Assembly: GCA_002104905.1 (NCBI GenBank)
Contig: MCFE01000420.1
Span: forward strand, 14,152 to 78,151
Length of the DNA: 64,000 nucleotides
Source of the DNA: Basidiobolus meristosporus CBS 931.73
Lineage: Eukaryota > Fungi > Basidiobolomycota
Direction: 5' to 3'
Shown piece after piece: positions 41,639 to 56,063 of this stretch. The position numbers and the translations under genes were made by a program. The first letter of the stretch is position 1, and each line of letters begins with the position of its first letter. A model generated the notes under the pieces. The model saw nothing but the letters and a program-made list of their open reading frames with translations. It did not search any database and was not told the DNA's origin.

Positions 41639-43830
41639 CTTCGTGAATCAGTTCGGCACATCCGTATCTGTATCCGAATCCCAATACCTAATCAGCGCCT
41701 GAAACTGAAACCAACGGTCCAAACGTCGATCCGGCCGAATGTTTCAGTGAGCGCGGAAAATCAGTCGGCTGTACTATATGAATAGATGGGGTCCAGTTTC
41801 ACGACATCGTAATGTTCAACGGTCTGACAATAATGATCAGTCAGTCACTAGTTGAGCCTTGTGTGGCTTGGAAATGGTGACAATCTCCATTCACCCACTC
41901 ACCGTGCCGCTTTGTGGGTCGTTCAGTAATACTACGTTGACAACGCCGTATGTTTCATGCTGTGCCAGTGAGATCTTTGATAGGGCCACTTTAAGCTAGT
42001 CCTGGTAGTGGAGGTGGCTCTGTACCTTTTTATCTACCCGAGAAGCATAAATAGGTAAGTCACACTGAATACGAATAGTGTGAGCTTTGGATAGGATCAG
42101 AGAAGCTCAAGTCGCCTGGAGAACACTGTGGTTTTGGTAGGTTCCATCAGTTCATCTTCACTCGTGTATTTCCATAGATCAAATTAGCCTTCAGTATTCT
42201 CCGTATATGTCGTAGCTCTGGTCATAAAGACTATCTTCCTGATACAACCTTGCAAACTCGTTCATGGAATACAATGGCCTAGCTTGATAGACATGTGGGA
42301 TGGTGAAGTTGTGTTAGCGACCACGTGTGTTTTTATGCTGGATTTTTTGGAGCAATGAAGTTTCGTCACTCTCGGCAAAAACTTTCCAGAAAGATCACGC
42401 TCTAAATATACACAACTCTTGAAGAGTTGCAGATCACCGAGGTGATTTTTGCAATCCCTCCCACCTTCAGTACAAAATATCTTCTATTGTTCTATGAGCA
42501 ACACACGCGTTTTGTCAGGGAAAATGGACCACAAATAACCCAACATTACAGTTATTTTGTCAAGCATCTATTAAATTGTACGTCTACCTCGCTACTGGTA
42601 AGAATATGAAATATCGTCTTGAGATTTAGTTCATCAATATTGGGCAATATTTGTAATCTAAATCACCCCAATACTCCTCAATATTCTGCAGCACATCTGT
42701 ATTCTACTCATTTGTTGGCGTATCGAGTTTAATGAGTAACTTCAATTGCGTCAAACGCCATAAAATTATTAGCAGCAAGCTAAGGAAACCCTCAGGGTGT
42801 CTCTATACAGAGTATTGAGGAAGGGTCGCTTTTGCATAGCTGAGTTCTGACCATTTTCCCAAGCTGTTTTCCGCCATTAGCATAAATCATTTTTTGGTGG
42901 TTATACCAGTAGAGTAATATTCCATAATAGTCAAGTAAAGCCATTTCCCTAGTACGAAGCTGGCTTTTACTTCGATTCTTTTGACTTTGTTCGTACCTTT
43001 TCACTATGGGTTTGTGGTGATTATTGTGCATGCGCTTCTGAGCTACAATGTTTCCAGAATTATGTATTTTCCTGTCTAATTGATTGTGTAGTTCTTGCAT
43101 GATGATTCATTAAATGCAAAGTGGTATTTATACTTTTACAAGATCTTGGCAAGCACATAATATCTTTAGGAAGGTCTCATGAGCATATGAACAATGTTTA
43201 GAGTTTTTTTGTACAACCTACCAGATTTCCATGCTCAGTGTACTTGTCATTCTGGTGATGGTATTCTTGGTTCCAACAGAGAATTTGGGCAGGAAATAGT
43301 GGACCTTATGAGCTGAGATTACCAACCCCAACAACCCCTATTGCATTCAGCGTAACAAATCTCTTATCCCCCAATCTACTTAGTAAGCAACAATTCTTAG
43401 TACTCTATCACTGAGGGATTGCCATGTACCACGATACCAGTTTACAAGTCAAGCTGGCCAGTCAAACTCATCAGACCAATTGCACTCTCCGTTGGCTCCA
43501 GCTGGTAATCCCGATGATATTTATGTATTTACACTTGATTCTATCTTACGAACGCTTTTATTCACTGACCAAACTCTTTGACAAAATCTACCAAGAATAC
43601 TTTCACTAAAATGCCAGTTATCAACAACCTAAAAATCTTCAAGGCTATATATGAGTCTTCAAACAATGGGTATATTCCCCTAGTGCCTTCTTAAGCATAT
43701 TCTACATATTTTTAGTCAATATTATATTCTGTCTACTGCTAGTTTTCATTATTTTTTATGGCATATAGCTTGATATAGTACTATGCTTTCTACTTTGCAG
43801 AAGCCTATATAAGAAATAAGCGGTACTATG

Positions 43831-44162
43831 TGCTGTAAGAGTCTTGGAGATATTGGAAGTGCTTGGGAGAACAAGTAGATTATGTGGTTTTCACTTAATG
43901 ATTTATTGAATGTAAAAGTAGTATTTATACTTTTACACAGTCTTGACATAACAAACACGTAGAATAAGTTTAGAAAGGTCCCAAGAACATGTGTGCAAAG
44001 TTTGGGGCTGTTTGGACAACTTATCTCATTTTCATGTTCTGGGTAAATATTTTAAGTAAATCCCGACAGGGATTTTGGTCAGTATTCATTAGGATATGAA
44101 GGTAATGATCTAAGTGACTAAGTTAGGTGGATATTTAGGTGGAATTACGAATCTTCACAATA
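43831..44162 (-). mobile_element. Solo copia LTR (332 bp)
   Basis: Homologous to 53941-54272; TGCTG...CAATA decayed termini; TSD CTATG/TTATG. Confidence 0.75.
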
Positions 44163-46222
44163 TTATGCGTGGGTATGGACTCAGCCATCATTTTCAAAAA
44201 ACATAGTCTTGTGGGACCTCTTTGAGCTGGCAGAAATAACTGCAAATATCAATCAAAATTTAAGGTTTAAATATGTATCATGTGTATATTTTCATCCAAA
44301 AATAACTTTAGGATATGGTATACAGGTGTAATAGCCAAGTGATGACTAATGGCTTAGAGCTATCAGAATCATGGCTTCAGTCCACACAACGGGAAATTCC
44401 ACGATACTATTGTGCGCTACATTGTATAGGTATAGGTATACGAGTTAAACAGGATGGTTCTGTGGATACTTTCAATCAGAATGTAATCTTGGTCATTTTC
44501 ATATTGGTATGGTACATTTGTGGGGCAATACAAGAATATGTAAAGAGTGGTATTTAATGTGCATAATCAGTATTCAAAATACATGAGCAGTGACATTATA
44601 GAAATTTTCTATTGCTCAAAGGATGCCATAACTTGGAACGACTGTGCTAAATGAACTCCCAAGAGAATGAGCAGGCGTAAAATCGCAATGCATGAATACT
44701 TAATGCTAAATTAAATATTTGAAACCGCTCCTACAATATTTTATTATAGGATAAGAATGCACTACCCATCAAATGCGCGCTACCTGCCTTTCAGTTCATA
44801 TGCAATCAAGTAAAATATAGTCTTTGCTTTCTCTGTCGCTAATCAAGCGTGACCCCACGTAGGAGTAACCTGAAGCCGTTCGATTGCTCATTCAAGGCTT
44901 ACACGTAAGTGTACACCTGGTCCGCCCAGAAGTGACCGACGCAAATGCCATTTTAATCCTATTCAACGAGCATGGCATATATGGGCACCTCTACTCGTTT
45001 CTCTGCCCCTTTTAATCGTAATTGCGCATGGGGTTGGATTGCTGTTTGGCATTGGGGGTGCACTTCACTGATCATTTGGGCTTATTAGTCCAGTTACGCC
45101 TCATACCAAAAGAGGATAGTGGCTGCGGAAGATTAAAGTATTACCCTATACCACCCCGAACACTGCCTAAACGATGCTCAGCACATGATTGATGGTACAA
45201 GCTACATTGGCCGACTATAACGTTGAGCATTGAGTTACATTGGATAAGTCTCGATATTTGTCGAATGGTGCTATGCCCACAAAGCTTGTTTTCAGCAGGA
45301 TAGCAGGCATAATCAAGCTTTCGAGACCACTGGTTCTTCTCCTGACTCCATCTTCGCTGAACTTGAGGTCACCCAAGGAATACATGCTCTTCGGTCAACA
45401 AATTCCAGTAATGTTGGCCGCACCGTGTTGTGTGAGTGGAACATCCAGTGGATTCCAGTATTTCGACTGGTTGAGGGCGTAATGTAACCCATCTCACCCT
45501 GAAGCACCCTGGTTACATCCGTGCCCTCGCTTTTACCTCGACATCATGTTTGAGGAATGTCTTATTCGCGTATCGAACTAATTATAGATCATTAATAACC
45601 TGGAGTTCCAGGGGCGATGAGTCTTTTATGATTGCTCCTGCCATTCTAGTGTACTCTCCGTGAGCCAATGAACGTCTAAATTAGGAAACTCTACTCAGAA
45701 GCCAACTTTGACAGTTGCTGTTGCTGATTGTGCTGGACCAGGCGGTGACATGTCTTGGACATCGGATGGAGGTGTTATCAGCAGCAATCAATCAATCAAT
45801 CTGCGAGGGATCTGGTTCTACAGATGACCGCTTCCTGCTCGGACCATATCCGCTCGCAGCCGGTAAATGAGCATAACTGATACTCGCATGCGATTGTGTC
45901 GAATACCATAGGTGACTGATTCAGTCACTTTCGAAAATAGACGGGATTTCTTTCTGCCTGTTGTTTCGCGGTACGGGGCCGCTTGGTCTTGAGCTGTGAA
46001 GGCTTGCAGGGCTTCAGTGGTCCCTCATTCATTCAGCCATGCATGGGCTTCACAGGAGGCGTGTATTGATTTCGGGCGGATTATTGGTTCGTTTATTACT
46101 ACATGATGGACATCAAACAAAATATCAAAACATTACAATGCAGGTTCGCTGGGGGCGAGGATTAAAGTGGTGCCGTTTTATGGCCCAAAAGGCTAAACAA
46201 TTTAATTGGGGTTTGCTAGTTC

Positions 46223-49035
46223 TTAATTCTCCATTCCTTGCTGTTTGGCAAATTCAACAAAAACTTGGGCTAACGTGGTCTGCGCTACAGCGTAGTCCAC
46301 GATCTCATATGGCTCCTTGATCTCCTGCAGATACCCGAAGAGCTTTCCAAGCGTGCTGCCTTCCACCTCCAATTCCAGGTTGCATCCTAGTTTGCGAAGC
46401 AGTCTAACCTGGGAGTGGCCTGTGTCGAACTGACGGAAAATCGCATGAATAACCTGATCTACAGTGCTCATTGTTTTGGTCTTCAGGTTGATCTTGTAGC
46501 CTTTTCCGTACACGTTTTTGAGTCTCTGCGCGGTGCCAAGTGCTGCTAGTCGGCTGTTCACAGTGATGCCGATGCGATCACAAAGTGCATCCGCTTCCTC
46601 CATGCTGTGTGTCTGCATTAGAATGTTAGCACCATGTCAGGCGAAATGCGCTAGAAAAATCACTTACTGTTAGAACAATGCTGGTGTTCTTCTTGAGGTT
46701 TCTTATGGCTTTCCATATCGACTGTCTGACATGGACGTCGACGCCGGTGGTAGGTTCGTCCAAGAACAGGATCTTCGGATGTCCAATGGCTGCCATGCCT
46801 ATACTTAGTCTTCTCTTGTTTCCGCCGCTATATCCTTTTGCTTTTTGGTCGGCAACATTCCGAAGCTGCATCTGTTCCACGATCTCGTCTACCGCCACTT
46901 GCACATTCTCCACGCCACGAAGCCGGGCAAACAATTGGAGATGCTCACGGCCAGTCAAATCGGGGAAAAGCACATCGAATTGCTGGCAAACGCCTACGAT
47001 GCGCTGCAGCTCGCGCGAATAGGGGGAGATCGAGTGACCCTCGATGTAGGCGTTTCCGGAGGACGGAGTTAACGCTCCAACAAGCATTTTGATAGTGGTT
47101 GTTTTGCCCGCCCCATTGGGACCCAGATACCCCAGACACTCATTTCGTCTCAAGGTCAGCCACAACTCGTCAATGATCACCCTACGGCGGTTTGAGTACT
47201 GGAGTGGGAATTCTTTAGACAAGCCGCAAACGTGCATCGTATCTATGCTTTGCTGAGAACCGAGGATCCGTTGTTTCTCATTGCTGACTTCCTCGTCGAC
47301 GTTAACATTCTGCATTTCGACCCTTGTTTCCATGCGGTCGCCGGTATTGGCAGGTCCCCCAGGGGTTTTCTTTTCGAAGAGGGAGCGAATCAGCTTCATC
47401 GGGGTTTGGTTGGCATTCATCAAAATCTCGACTGACAGCACGAGAGACCCGTACAGGACCGTACTGGCGATCAATGCGAGGAAAATTGGCAATATTGGGA
47501 AGTGGAAGCTGAACACCATTGAGGCAGAGTATGGGTAGCCTATTGTCCAAGCCAGAGCCAGTTCCTGGAAATGCGATATCGTCAGAACTATTCCAAATCA
47601 CTCGATTAGCATACCACCACTTACTGCTAGACCCCGCTGTAGCGCGATCACGGGTATAAAGAAGCTCAGGATTGCTGCGGCAGTGATGCTGATATGGTTG
47701 TTGCATCCAAAGCGAATGATCGCGTACGGGACAAACACCAGTATAAGCATGATGAATCCCATCACGAGCCCAACAGCTCTGCTTCTAGTGAAAATGAAGG
47801 AAAGAAGGTAGGCCATTAAAATATAGGGCGGTCCGGAGAGAATCAGTAGCAATATATATCCCGCTGGGCTCGAGTCCACGAACATGGGCGTTCCTTCAGC
47901 CTTCAATACGATTAAGAATACGGCGCAGGGGATAAGGAAAATGATGTAGTCCCGGATGAAGGCTGCCAGGTAGTATGCACGAGAGTCTAGCCCCGCAAGA
48001 ATCAGAAGTTGCTTCTGTCCTTCCTCCCGGTCGCGTACCATGGTAGTAACATAAAAGAGCAAGATGAACGACATGGCTAATTGGAGAGGTCAATGTTTAG
48101 AATAGGGCCTAAGCACAGCTGCAACAAAGGGATTACCGTAAGTGACAACGATGGGAATGATCTCAGGTCCTGAATCCGTATTCTCCAAAGCCGTAGACGG
48201 CAGGGTTTTAAACGTGACAGTATTCATAAGGATGTTGCCCGGGGGCCTATTGTAGGCACTTTGCGCTGCTGCTTCCATATTGGAGAAAAGGTACGGAATA
48301 GACCTTTGGGCGAATTGGTTGCTCTGGTAGAACAGTGTGTAGCCAAACGAGAATTGGCTTGCTCCATTATTCACTTGATTCAGCTCAAACCCAATTTCGG
48401 AAACCTGATTGGAATCGGAAATGCCAAGGTTGTAGGCATCCTTGTCCAGTTTATCACGCGTTTGGATAAGTTGTTTTATCGACTCGTATCTGTTGAAAGT
48501 AAGCGGAGGTGCTTGAGTGGTGTTGGGCTGGACTGCAGTAAAATTCGGCTGCAAGCCTTGGCTCCAAACATCATCTGGTATCCCTTGGTCAATGACAATG
48601 CCGGGGTTCGGAGCACCTACGTATTGTGGAAGGTTGGGCGGGGTCATAGTCCAACTTTGTTGAAGGTGGAGTTATGAGTGGTTGAACACGAAGGACATGA
48701 ATAGAGGGTTCCATACCTTGAAACAGACCCAACCGGGATTCTGTTAGAGTTTTGGGACACAAGCTTCGACTATCCAGACGTTAATCCAGGCCTTATTGAA
48801 CAGAATTGACAAGAGCTAACTTACTATTACCACCGCAAGAATTACGCATATCGTAGGAATCACGACAGCTGTTCAGGATGATGGGTTAGTCTCGGGCAAA
48901 TGGGCTTAGAGAGGGACGGGCGGCCTTACCGCTAAGCACAGTAGAGAATTTCCGTACGACATTCTTCAGATTGAGGCTGAGGTTGATCCTTAGCTGTGTC
49001 GTGAAATCCACTGGCCGTTGTTTTAAAGTAGCCAT
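46223..49035 (-). CDS. ABCA-family half transporter resembling the C-terminal half of full ABCA proteins, multi-exon
   Basis: Start MATLKQRPVDFTTQLR; TMD plus extracellular domain; NBD GPNGAGKTT, YSGGNKRRLS, LFLDEPTTG; C-terminus DYAVAQTTLAQVFVEFAK. Confidence 0.9.
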
Positions 49036-49684
49036 TGTCTCCAAGATGAAGATTTACGATCTGAACGGATTGTCTGAAAATAAGGTTCTAAGCGGCCTTT
49101 ATATCCACTGGTACGATCCCAGATGGCCCAGATGCTCCATGGATCAGCACTGATCGGATCCAGCCATCTCTTCAGCCAACCGTGTTTGTGATTTGTGAGC
49201 TAATGTGACCTCATCCAGGATTCAGAGCACTGAGGATCATTTTGAGAACAGTGAACAGCAGATGTATGCCCAAATTTCCAATTACCTTGAAACTTTAGCC
49301 GAACACCCGATTTGGAAACTGCCTCTTGGCAGTGTCCACGCGAGGTGTTCGGCTTCAGGTAGCAAGTGATAGAGGGATCTCAACATCAATGTAATCGGGA
49401 ATCAGGCTTCTTGGCGTGGCGGCAATGGTGGATGCAATGGAATTCCATATTGGTTTAGATTATGGTTTGCGTTCCATCTGTAGATTTCAGGCTGCAAATA
49501 TGGAAAGAAGATGTACATCTCGGAATTCCTAATTTGTCTTGAATAATAGAGCACCAAGTATTGCCAAGCAGATAAAGCTATTGACATGACCAAACAGGAA
49601 ACCGCTTGGGGGCTCTGAAGCCAAACAACATTAATTCTAATTTCAAGCCCAATCCTCTCCTGTTTCTGGAATTCACCCTGATTG
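49036..49684. promoter_or_regulatory. Candidate bidirectional promoter between the two ABCA halves
   Basis: About 650 bp between divergent start codons; positional inference only. Confidence 0.45.
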
Positions 49685-52600
49685 ATGAGCTCCTTGCACC
49701 GTGAGCACAATAAGGTTCACCCAGATCCACCAATTCGTGCCAACATGATCACTGGGATGAAACCGACCAATCCCTTCTCTCTATGCCCAACAAGCCAATC
49801 GGCCCCAGCCATTGGCCAATCCAGGCAGTCGCCCGTTAATTTAAATACTAGCCCTATGCACAATGGTACTCCACAGATCTCTACCCATCTACTATCAGTG
49901 CTCAAGCGTGATACAATGAACAGACCTGAAGAGAAGCTACGGAGTTCAAACTCCAAGTTTAAGGCTGTCTGCGAGCCTTCGAAATGGAGGCAGTTCAAGG
50001 CTTTGATCAGAAAACAATTTCTACAGGGTGTTCGCGACCGGGTTTCCTTGTACAATGGGTTTCTTTCGGTAATTGATTTGTTTGTTGTACGCCGTGCTCT
50101 ACCCAGAGGCCCGTTCTCAATTCCAGCCCTTTTATAGCCAATATATATGGTCGCCATTCTTGTCATCGTTAAAACGGTCTCCATTCCTGCTGGTACGCGA
50201 GCAAAGATACGTGTTAGTGACACTTCGTTTACTCATTTCTCTTTTGATTCAAGCCATCGACATCAAGCCCTTGCCCGCCCTGACTGATGGAACATGCTCG
50301 GCTATTCAGCCAAATTGCGTTCACATGGGATACATCACCAACGGACCCATCGACAGTACTCTAATGCACATGCGCATGCTTTTCGACTATTCGGAACCCA
50401 ACGTGGTATCCATGAGAAAATTCGCCAGTTTCCAGGACCTTGCTGATCATTTTAATGCGGACCCGGCCAGTTTGGTGGTGGGGGTTACGTTCAATAATAG
50501 CGACGTACTAAGTGTAAGTCACTCCATGGTCATTCATACGAGCAGACACTAACATTACTCCCGTGCTTAGTCTACATCGTACCAAATCCACACGAATCAC
50601 ACATTAGTCAGCAACCAAGATTATGTTGCCACAAAGTCTTTAACAATTCAAGCATACATAGAGAGAGCAATTGCTAACGTCAGGCGAGAGGCCAATGGGC
50701 TGACGCTTCTTTCATCTCCCCTTCCGGCCAAAGGCGCTACTTTTGGCAAGAAGATTGAGACGGGGATTGGAAGAGACTTCGTGTCGTACACTACACTAGC
50801 GGACAATACGTTTGTCAAATATGTTTTGCCCATCATGGGCATGGTCTTTTTGATTTTCACCTTTCAGCCACTTTTGATCTACTATTTGTCTATCATTAAC
50901 CATGACAGGAAGATCAAGATCAAAAGTAATATGCTCATGATGGGTCTCAGTCACACGGTGTATTTAGCGGCTGTCTGGGCATACCTCTTGGCGTTTACCC
51001 TAGTACCAATCGTCATCGTATTAATCATTCTCTATACCACTGGCACGATGCCCATAGCAGGTCTTGGCTACATCATAGGAAGCTTTATCTTCTATGCATG
51101 CGCGGCCATCGCTCTCTGCACAATATTCTCAATTCGCTTCAACAGCACCAAGACTGCTCCGTTTGCGGGACTCATCATAACGATCGTCTCGATAGCACTT
51201 GCCATTTTATACCAAACGCTATGGAGGTCAGACATCTCTTATGCTGGGAGTGTCTTGATGATGCTCATAGCTCCGGTCGCCTTTGGCCAGATCATCAGCT
51301 TGACCTACAACTACTCCACGATTGAACAAATGAATCATCCACCATTTGGAACTTCCTTGAGTGTTACATTTGCCATGCTCTTCGTTGATGCTGTCCTGTA
51401 CCTGTTCTTGGCATGGTATGCTGATCATTTAAATCCGGGCGAGGAAGGGCTTGCAATGCCGTGGAACTTCCCATTCTGTTCAAGTTATTGGAAGGTAAAC
51501 AAGTCAGTCCATCCTCTGGTCGGTCAGAATGAGTTATCTATCAGCAGCGAGCAGTTGGTTCTGAGCAAGGCTTCTGAGGATGAGAAACATATGTTTGAGA
51601 TACAGGATGTCAGCTTTATTGGTCCAGAAGATCGAGGGGCCATTTTGATAACGGATCTGAAGAAGGCTTTCGACAAAAGCGGAAAATCAGGATTTCTCCT
51701 CGGACCCATCATCAATCGTATCAAGCAGCGTTTTGGAAAATCCCATGTCGTTAAAGCGGTTGACGGACTGAATCTTGATCTAAATCGCGGACAAATATTG
51801 GCCTTCCTGGGCCATAACGGAGCAGGAAAAACAACAACCATCTCAATGCTCTCGGGTTTGATGTTGCCTGACGATGGAACAATCAACATTTTTGGACAGA
51901 AGCTACCGTCTGTTAAAAACAGAAGTTCTAACATTCACGTAATGGCAGGGTTGCAACAAATGTTAGGTGTTTGCCCACAATTTGACACATTAATCGACTC
52001 GTTCTCGGGAATCGAACACATGGAGCTATTTGCCGAGATACGCGGCGTTCGTATTCTGGGGAAGATCAATGAAGATGGGACGATCGTTCCCGGTGATCAG
52101 GAGAGCTTGCAGAAGGAATACATCGAGAACATGATGGTAGATGTATCACTATCAGACAAGTGCAGGGAGAAGGTTGGCTCTTATAGCGGGGGTATGAAGC
52201 GGAAGATTAGTCTTGCCATTGCACTTCTGGGGAATCCATGTATCATACTACTCGATGAGCCAACCACAGGAATGGATGTGTATTCTCGAAATCAAATCTG
52301 GCAATTGATACAGGACAGCAAGGAAGGAAGGGTCGTTATCTTGACATCTCACAGCATGGAGGAAGCCGATGCATTGGGTGACCGTATAGCAATCATGTCA
52401 AAAGGAAAACTTCAAGCGCTTGGCACCTCGTTATTCCTAAAGAACCGCTTTGGAGTTGGCTACCATCTAAACCTAACCAAGAAAGATCGAGGCGATTCTG
52501 CCACCAGCCCTAACCAATTTGATGAGCCTGGCTTGACCCAGATCATCAAGTCATACTTGCCTATGGCTACCGTGTTGGGCAACTCACCACATATGATTAC

Positions 52601-52760
52601 CTACCAGCTACCAAGCCAAGCCAGCGATCAGGAAAAATACCCACAGCTCTTCGACAAAATTGAAGAACTATGCCAGAAGGAGGCGTTTGGGGTCATCGGC
52701 TTTGGCCTTGCTACTACCACTCTGGAAGAAGTGTTCATTTCACTACAGGAAAAGGAGTAG
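49685..52760 (+). CDS. ABCA-family half transporter resembling the N-terminal half of full ABCA proteins, multi-exon; start approximate
   Basis: WRQFKALIRKQF; TMD; PGEEGLAMPWNFPF; NBD GHNGAGKTT, YSGGMKRKISLA, LLDEPTTG, SHSMEEAD; ends TTLEEVFISLQEKE*. Confidence 0.92.
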
Positions 52761-53940
52761 TGTAATATATTGATACTATTGAGGATCTTGTTATAATTGT
52801 ACCAATTTTGCCAACCCACATCCATGTAACTATTAATATTGATTGGTAAGTGCAGATCAATAAATACATTCCATAAAGAGACATGTGTTTAAGTCACACG
52901 CCCTTCTCTTCAGGAAACGAATCAAATGCTTAGATATGTACGAGGAGTGATACCACAATTTAGCAACCCAGATTGTGCGGAGACAGCTCATATGTGTGGC
53001 CAGGGCCGATAACCAGGTGCCGATGTCAAATATAAATAGCCCATTGGCCAATTCGCCGCTCGTAGATCAGATGCTCCAGCACACGTGGGCTATGCAAGTT
53101 TGTAATTATTAGGCGCCAATAAGAATCCCCGACTCCAAATGTTCCCATCCTTATGGCCATCAAATGGAATTTCTGAATGGCCTCAGAGTTGGCGTGAATG
53201 TGGATTACGATACTTGCCGTGGATACCAAGAGAATGGTTGACTTCATCTTGCTGCAATATTCCGGATGAATAACACCAATCAGTTTGAGTAACGCCATGG
53301 GCTTATCATGCCGATGCTCATTCGCTCCTGGGGGACTTAGATGGAAAATAGAAACCATCTGATACCCCCGTGATGTAGAGTATACTTGAACATTCTTCCT
53401 ATTGCTTGATATTTGTCACTCGCTACTATACATACACACCAGACATTATTATGTAACGCCAAGTTTTCTAGGCAGTCTCCCTGACCAACCAGGCTTTGAG
53501 AGATCGTGAAAACTATTTGGATTACCATATTAATGATAAAAAACCTCTGCAATATATGGAAATCTGCTTGGGAAAATTAGCAGCAGGATAGAAATTAGGG
53601 TCAGCGGGTCACAATCACCCATGAGTGATATCTTTATTCCAATAACTCGGAATAAAGAAGTCAATTACTACATGGGTAGCATTTTTACAAGTGAATATAG
53701 AGAAGTGTCAATTTGTGAAAGTGTATAATAAAGCTCACCAAGTTAAGCAGGAGTTTAAATAAAGTTAAGTGGCACAGGAGAGATAACTAGAGAAAGTAGT
53801 GGCTTATCAACAATTGCTCATATGTCAGACAAGCATGGATTGGAGGAAAGTAAGTATCAGGTTTGGTGATGAGATAGCCACTCCTTAAAGTGGAGGTACA
53901 TTTGACATTTGCAAGTGCTGGGTAATTAGAGTATGAGATA

Positions 53941-54979
53941 TGTTGTAAGAGTCTTGGAGATATTGGAAGTGATTGGGAGGACAAGTAGATTATGTGGTTT
54001 TCACTTAATGATTTATTGAATGTAAAAATAGTATTTATACTTTTACATGGTCTTGGCATATGAAATACGTAGAATGGGTTTAGGAAGGTCCCAAGAACAT
54101 GTGTGTAAAGTTTGGGGCTGTTTGAACAACTTATCTAATTTTCATGTTCTAGGTAAATATTTTAAGTAAATCCCAATAAGGATTTTGGTCAGTATTCTCT
54201 GAGATTTGAAGGTAATGATCTAAGTGACTAAGTTAGGTGAATATTTAGGCGGAATTACAAACTCATACAACACTTCAACTCAACTCAGTGCTCATACTGA
54301 CTAGCCCTTATTTTGACCTAAGATATTCAAACTTGTCTCTAGCTAATGGTATGGTAAATATGTCTGCAATCATTTCAACTGTAGAACAGTAGGCTAAGTT
54401 AACTAAGTTATTCTCTATAGCTCACATATGAAATGATGTCTAATATCTATGTGCTTAGTTCTAGCATTAAAAGTTGGATTTCTACCTCATTGTGTACATC
54501 CTTGATTATCTTAAAATAAATTAATAGGTGTTTTTTGTCATAAGTCTAAATCTTTAAAAAGCTTCCTCAGCCACATTGCTTTGTTTGTAGCTTCACAGGC
54601 TGCCATATACTCTACCTCTGTGGTAGAAAGTGCTATAGTTGGTTACTTTGTTGAACTCAATGAAATTGCTTCTTTGCAGTAAAGAAAGGTGTATCCTGTG
54701 GTGGATCTTCTGTCTTCCAAATTTTGTCCTTAATCAGCATCAGAGTATCCATCAATATCCTGTTCTAATCTTTATGAGTGTTTCTTAAGCAGATATCAGC
54801 AGTTCCTTTCAGATATCTAAAAATCCGCTTAACTGCTGCAACATGATCAGATCTGCAGTTCTGATTTTGCTGGCTGAAAACCACCACTCAATATGAGATA
54901 TCTGGACATGTTCCAAGCATGACACACATCAGACAGCCAACCATAGACTGATAAGAAAAGTCAGGGCTTTCAGATGGCA
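53941..54979 (-). mobile_element. Ty1/copia relic: RT end and RNase H plus 3' LTR (53941-54272), truncated at 54979
   Basis: Decayed translation YQSMVG, AVKRIFRYLKGT, GYSDAD, RRSTTGY, ALSTTEVEY, DNQG, RTKHIDIRHHF, MIADIFT; LTR with TGTTGTA/TACAACA termini. Confidence 0.85.
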
Positions 54980-56063
54980 GGGGGGGAGACAGTCACCAAC
55001 AGGTGAAATCTTTATTTCAGTTGAAACAAAGAAGCCAGCGCTACTGTTGTAGCTTTGATACAAGAGTGTGTAGCTGAGGGGAATTTGTAGGTAAGTTCAT
55101 AAGAAGTGATGATAGCTCTTTAGTGCTCAAGACACTGTTCAGTGGGAAGGGGGGAGCAAGAGAGGTAAGAATGACTTGTGAACAACATTAATGAGGGGAA
55201 TGTGATAAGGATTGATATTCATCATAAAGGGAGTGTGCTGCTGCAGATATTGCTGCCAAAGGTCTGTCAAGTACTTCAGGTAGGCCAGCTTGGGTTTTTC
55301 TGACTGCAGAATATAGTGAGCAAACTTCTTGACTTCCAGATCTCCAAGTATAGTTCTCCAGCAGGAGTCAGGTGTAGTGTGGTGTGTTCTCTTCCAGGCC
55401 TTAATCAGTGGGTTTTACAGTTGTGAAGTCTGAGATATAATCTGGTTCTAAGAGTAGAGAAGTCTGATCTTGTAGGGCATAAACCCAAAAGCACCAAGAA
55501 TAGCATGTCTGTAGGGGCATTCAGGCAAATGAGGCACCAAGGAGGTAATGCACCTTACTGCAAACTTGTCAAGCTTAGTGCAGTCTCTAGAAATAAGAGA
55601 GAGAAGTGGTAAGCCAAATTCCAGGACAGGGAAGACAAACTGCTTGAGTAGAAGGAGGCAGCTGGGAGCTGAAGTTGTAGGAGGAGTAACAGCCAGTAGC
55701 TTGTGGAGTGCCTGTCTTGCTAGGATAATTCTCTTCTTCAGGTGTGCTCCAGAGTCTAGTCCAGTAGGAAGGAAAGGAAAGCCAAGATATGTAGCAGAAA
55801 CCTGAGCAGGTAGAGTGGAGTTCTCCAAGTTGATGGGAGAGCCCAAAGGTACTGTCTTTGCAATGGAAAGCTGGAGATTATTCTTCTGCAGATACTTGTG
55901 GATGATCTGGGAGTCTTGTTGCACATTGGAGGAGGATATTCTGATGTCATCAGCAAAGAGAGTAACCAGGCAGTCAGCTGAGAGTCTTGGAAGATCATTC
56001 AGGAAGATGGCAAACAGTATAGGACCAAGCACAGAGCCTTGAACCACCCCATTAGGAACTGAG
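54980..56063 (-). mobile_element. Older 3' fragment of the telomere-type LINE, cut by a gypsy insertion
   Basis: High identity to 60550-61630; VQGSVLGPILF and LFADD RT motifs; the same G7-AGACAGTCACC 3' end. Confidence 0.92.

Noticed and set aside
42790-43100. hAT dimerisation-domain-like fragment (ILLYWYNHQK...LGKMVR)
   Set aside because: Motif match too weak and no TIRs found; may be a relic but cannot be supported.
43749-43958. Short ORFs here and at 53787-54059, 4408-4689 and 11420-11650
   Set aside because: They lie within LTRs; shared translation reflects repeat homology, not genes.
49717-50223. 168-aa minus-strand ORF
   Set aside because: Antisense shadow of the ABCA N-half first exons.
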